Shown here: positions 61,333-64,000 of the stretch, one piece after another | Numbering within the stretch: the first letter of the stretch is position 1 | Layout: each line of letters starts with the position of its first letter | Source: Sphingobacteriales bacterium JAD_PAG50586_3 | GTDB lineage: Bacteria > Bacteroidota > Bacteroidia > CAMBQF01 | Direction: 5' to 3' | Assembly: GCA_023213195.1 (NCBI GenBank) | Contig: CP096135.1 | Coordinates: 2,040,842 to 2,104,841 of the forward strand | Length of the DNA: 64,000 bases | Notes under the pieces: model-generated | The model's input: only the letters and a program-made list of their open reading frames with translations | What the model was told of the DNA's origin: nothing | Database searches by the model: none | Program-made: the position numbers and the translations under genes

Positions 61333-62478
61333 CTACAGTAACTTTTTGTATTCAGCTAATAGCTTTTGGGTGTATTCATCAATATCAAAACCCTTGGCAA
61401 AGTTGCGGGCGTAGGTACTCATTTCTTTATACTGTTGTGGATTGGATGTAATGGCAATAATTTTATCGGCAAAATCTTCGGGCGTAGTATTGGCAGGCAT
61501 TAAATAGCCTGTTTTGCCCTCTACATTAACATCGCGGTTGCCATGGCCATCTAATGCAATTACCGGTAAGCCTGCAGCCATAGCTTCTACCAATACCAAG
61601 CCAAAGGGCTCGAATGTAGCAGCGTGTAAATAAAGGTGGCTGGCGGCTAAATAATCTTCTACATTTTCTACCAGTCCAGGGGCAATTACATGGTCTTTTA
61701 AATTTAAAGATGCAACCAGGTTTTCTATATTATTACGCTCTACACCGTTGCCCAACAAATGTAGTTTAGCATTTATACCTTTTTGTATAAGGGCATGCAA
61801 TACCTGTACTAAATACTGCTGGTTTTTGCGGGTAATAAAAGAGCCTGTGTTTATAAGCCTTAACTCTGTAGTGGGAGCTGTAGGTAGCGGTGCTTTTGCA
61901 AAAGAGTTATAGTTAATTGCATTAAGCTGCAGTATAATATTTTCTTTTAGCGGTGAAGGCAGGTTTTCTTTAAAAAACAGTTGCGTGTCTTTAGATATGG
62001 CAATGTAGCTATTGGCCTTTGCAAGTTTAGTGTGTTTTAAAACAAAAGCCCGCTCAAACAAACGGGTAAATAGGGTTTTATTTAATAACGATGCAAAACT
62101 AAATTTTTTATACTCAACAGTATTATAATGGCAATGGGTAATATATACTGCGTTGTAATATTCTGTTGCCCGTGCAGCAATTTCAGCTTCAAATAAATGC
62201 AAGTGTATTACATGTGGTTTAAACCTATCAAAAAAACTGCGCAGTGCTGTTGTATTGTTTACAGATTTGCCTGTTAACGATGGAGTATAGTTAGATGGTA
62301 TAATTTCAACATCAACTGTGCTGCTAAGTTGGGGGTAAGTATTAACATCAGAAAAAACAACAAGTTTAACTTCAAGTCCGGGCTGCTTGTTTAATGCATT
62401 GCAAATATCTAGCGCCAATCTTTCGGCTCCACCTTTTGCTAAAGAGGGAATAATATGCGCTATCCTGATATTTTCCAT
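61333..62478 (-). CDS. Family 4 glycosyltransferase (GT4)
   Basis: C-terminal EPFGLVLVEAMAAGLPVIA E-x7-E motif region. Confidence 0.8.
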   Translation of the reverse strand: MENIRIAHIIPSLAKGGAERLALDICNALNKQPGLEVKLVVFSDVNTYPQLSSTVDVEIIPSNYTPSLTGKSVNNTTALRSFFDRFKPHVIHLHLFEAEIAARATEYYNAVYITHCHYNTVEYKKFSFASLLNKTLFTRLFERAFVLKHTKLAKANSYIAISKDTQLFFKENLPSPLKENIILQLNAINYNSFAKAPLPTAPTTELRLINTGSFITRKNQQYLVQVLHALIQKGINAKLHLLGNGVERNNIENLVASLNLKDHVIAPGLVENVEDYLAASHLYLHAATFEPFGLVLVEAMAAGLPVIALDGHGNRDVNVEGKTGYLMPANTTPEDFADKIIAITSNPQQYKEMSTYARNFAKGFDIDEYTQKLLAEYKKLL

Positions 62479-63365
62479 TAAACACTTTGTAATGAAGCGT
62501 CTTTAAACGCCTGCAAACCCTCTTCAACCCCGCGCATTTTTGTTTGCACAGTGGCCGTTAATTTATCAATGGTAAGGTGCGATTTAAATGGACGTGGAAC
62601 CAGCACTGCCGGAGGATTTGCAACTTCATTTATCAAGCCTGTGTCAAAGCCCAATACTTCGGCGTAGCGCTTAGCCCAGGTAAAACGGTCAATATAATCA
62701 GGACCAACAACATGGTAAATACCACTTGCTTCTTTCTCGCACAATTCAACAATAGCAGCAGCTAAATCTTCGGCCAAAGTTGGGTTGCCATATAAAAACG
62801 AAGGAGCATTAACGCTCTCTCCCGCTTTTAATTTGGGGTAGATGCCTATTAAAAAGTTAGGAGTTTTGGTATGCGGATCCCAACCGTAAACGTTGGTAGT
62901 GCGGGCCACAAGTCCTTTATCGCCCAACGTTTCCAGTATATAATTTTCGGCACACAGTTTTTCTTTGCCGTATACGTTTAGCGGGTTGGTAGCATCACCT
63001 TCACTATACGGTGGCTTAGTGCCATCAAATACATAATCTGTAGATATTAGCACCATGCGGGCGCCGTATTCCTTAGCCAAATTGGCCATATCTTTATTAG
63101 CCTGGCAATGGAATGCCTTAGCTAACTCAGGGTTATTCTCGCAAAAATCTACACCTCCGGCAAGGTTGGTAGAGTTGATTACCACATCGGGCTTTGCCTG
63201 TTCAAAAGCACGTTTCAAATCGTCGTACTTTAAAATATCGCAAATAATTTGGCCATCCGCATTGTTGTTGCGGTAAGTAGCTAAAACGCTGTGCCCGTGT
63301 TTGGTTATAATGGTTTGCAGCTCTTTGCCAACAAGGCCATTACCGCCGAAGATTAGAAATTTCAT
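62478..63365 (-). CDS. rfbD: dTDP-4-dehydrorhamnose reductase
   Basis: MKFLIFGGNGLVGK Rossmann motif and the RmlD-type layout. Stop overlaps the GT4 start (TAATG). Confidence 0.75.
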   Translation of the reverse strand: MKFLIFGGNGLVGKELQTIITKHGHSVLATYRNNNADGQIICDILKYDDLKRAFEQAKPDVVINSTNLAGGVDFCENNPELAKAFHCQANKDMANLAKEYGARMVLISTDYVFDGTKPPYSEGDATNPLNVYGKEKLCAENYILETLGDKGLVARTTNVYGWDPHTKTPNFLIGIYPKLKAGESVNAPSFLYGNPTLAEDLAAAIVELCEKEASGIYHVVGPDYIDRFTWAKRYAEVLGFDTGLINEVANPPAVLVPRPFKSHLTIDKLTATVQTKMRGVEEGLQAFKDASLQSV

Positions 63366-63407
63366 TTTTGCAAGAATAAACTCCCCCGTCTGCCTTGCGG
63401 CAGACAC

Positions 63408-63451
63408 CCCCTCAAGAGGGGGATTAGTATCCCACGGAGGAGGGATTGTAA
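63408..63451. repeat. Pair of GC-rich hairpins between rfbC and rfbD (same hairpin-repeat family as 13751-14970)
   Basis: ccccgtctgccttgcggcagac and ccccctcaagaggggg, then cccacggaggaggg. Confidence 0.6.
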
Positions 63452-63901
63452 TTACTTCATTTCAATTTCCCATTTGTAGGGAACGCGGTCGCCAAAAGGT
63501 GGGTAGCGTAGCATTTCGCCATCTTTATGGGGCGTTGTTGCACAGTTGGCTACCATAGCGGTTTGGGTACCAATGGCTTTCCAACCGTTGATAATGCCAA
63601 AAGGTATACGCACCAAAACGTAGTTAAGGTCGCCCATAAAAATTTCCATCAACTCGCCGCGTGTAGGCGAGCCTTCGCGGTCGTCATACATTACCAACTT
63701 AATCATACCGCTTACTACACAGTAAAATTGAGTTTGCTCGGTATGCTCGTGCCAGCCTTTAATTACGCCCGGGTAAGCAGTGGCAAAATAGGCTTCGCCA
63801 AAATGCTCAAAATGCTCATCGGTGCTGCGTAGCATGTGCATAATAACACCGCGCTCGTCGGCAATTTTTCTAAGGGGGATTACTTTAACTCCGTCAATCA
63901 T
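63452..63901 (-). CDS. rfbC: dTDP-4-dehydrorhamnose 3,5-epimerase-like cupin
   Basis: ...RGVIMHMLRS...GWHEHTEQTQFYCVVSG... RmlC-like cupin pattern. Confidence 0.7.
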   Translation of the reverse strand: MIDGVKVIPLRKIADERGVIMHMLRSTDEHFEHFGEAYFATAYPGVIKGWHEHTEQTQFYCVVSGMIKLVMYDDREGSPTRGELMEIFMGDLNYVLVRIPFGIINGWKAIGTQTAMVANCATTPHKDGEMLRYPPFGDRVPYKWEIEMK

Positions 63902-64000
63902 GGTTATACAAAAAATAGTTGTTTGTCAATTGTGTTGCTTTCCATCAAATAGTTAAGCTGTTTCAACCTAACATACTTGCGCGACTGTACCTCTTCAGCA

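Overview
The window is a chromosomal segment from a Bacteroidota genome, probably a Sphingobacteriia (Pedobacter/Mucilaginibacter-like) soil bacterium. Evidence for that: several proteins end in type-IX-secretion C-terminal sorting domains, rsfS sits next to ftsH, pyrR next to pyrB, and GC is moderate (roughly low 40s % by eye). It is mostly housekeeping and cell-envelope content: tsaC-like (5'-partial), glmM, an HTTM membrane protein, an LRR protein, a giant (~2500 aa) tandem-repeat T9SS surface adhesin, iscS, kptA, pyrR-pyrB, a class-IV aminotransferase, a HAD-IIIA phosphatase, rhomboid, an S8 protease (T9SS), mnmA, a MORN protein, birA, rsfS-ftsH, a LutC-like protein, cdsA, a CotH/LTD T9SS protein, saccharopine dehydrogenase, a GT87-like membrane protein, folK, sppA, NlpC/P60, M23, rfbA plus epimerase, an APC permease, bioD...bioA, a RelE/ParE TA pair, crotonase, tatD, ansA, three tandem csp genes plus a DEAD-box helicase, tRNA-Ser(GGA), and a GT4-rfbD-rfbC block.

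Main observations:
(1) About 20 genes, including essential ones (ftsH, cdsA, birA), are interrupted. All five in-frame stop codons and three of the indels map to what would be CCWGG pentamers in the intact reading frame. The remaining frameshifts sit in homopolymer runs. This is the signature of Dcm-type 5-methylcytosine, either as a long-read basecalling artefact or as a 5mC deamination hotspot. Either way it implies a CCWGG m5C methyltransferase in the organism and an unpolished assembly, not genuine gene decay.
(2) A conserved structured element of about 230 bp lies 45-60 bp upstream of the start codons of both the pyrR-pyrB operon and ansA. It has the same orientation relative to the gene in both places and is a candidate cis-regulatory RNA or MITE.
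(3) Intergenic regions carry several families of hairpin repeats, including a 1.3-kb repeat-only region, plus 7-bp tandem ladders immediately after three stop codons.
(4) Low-GC islets carry a SAM-methyltransferase/AlkB pair inserted with a duplicated 3' gene end, two orphan genes and a RelE/ParE module.

No CRISPR array, rRNA or prophage is visible.
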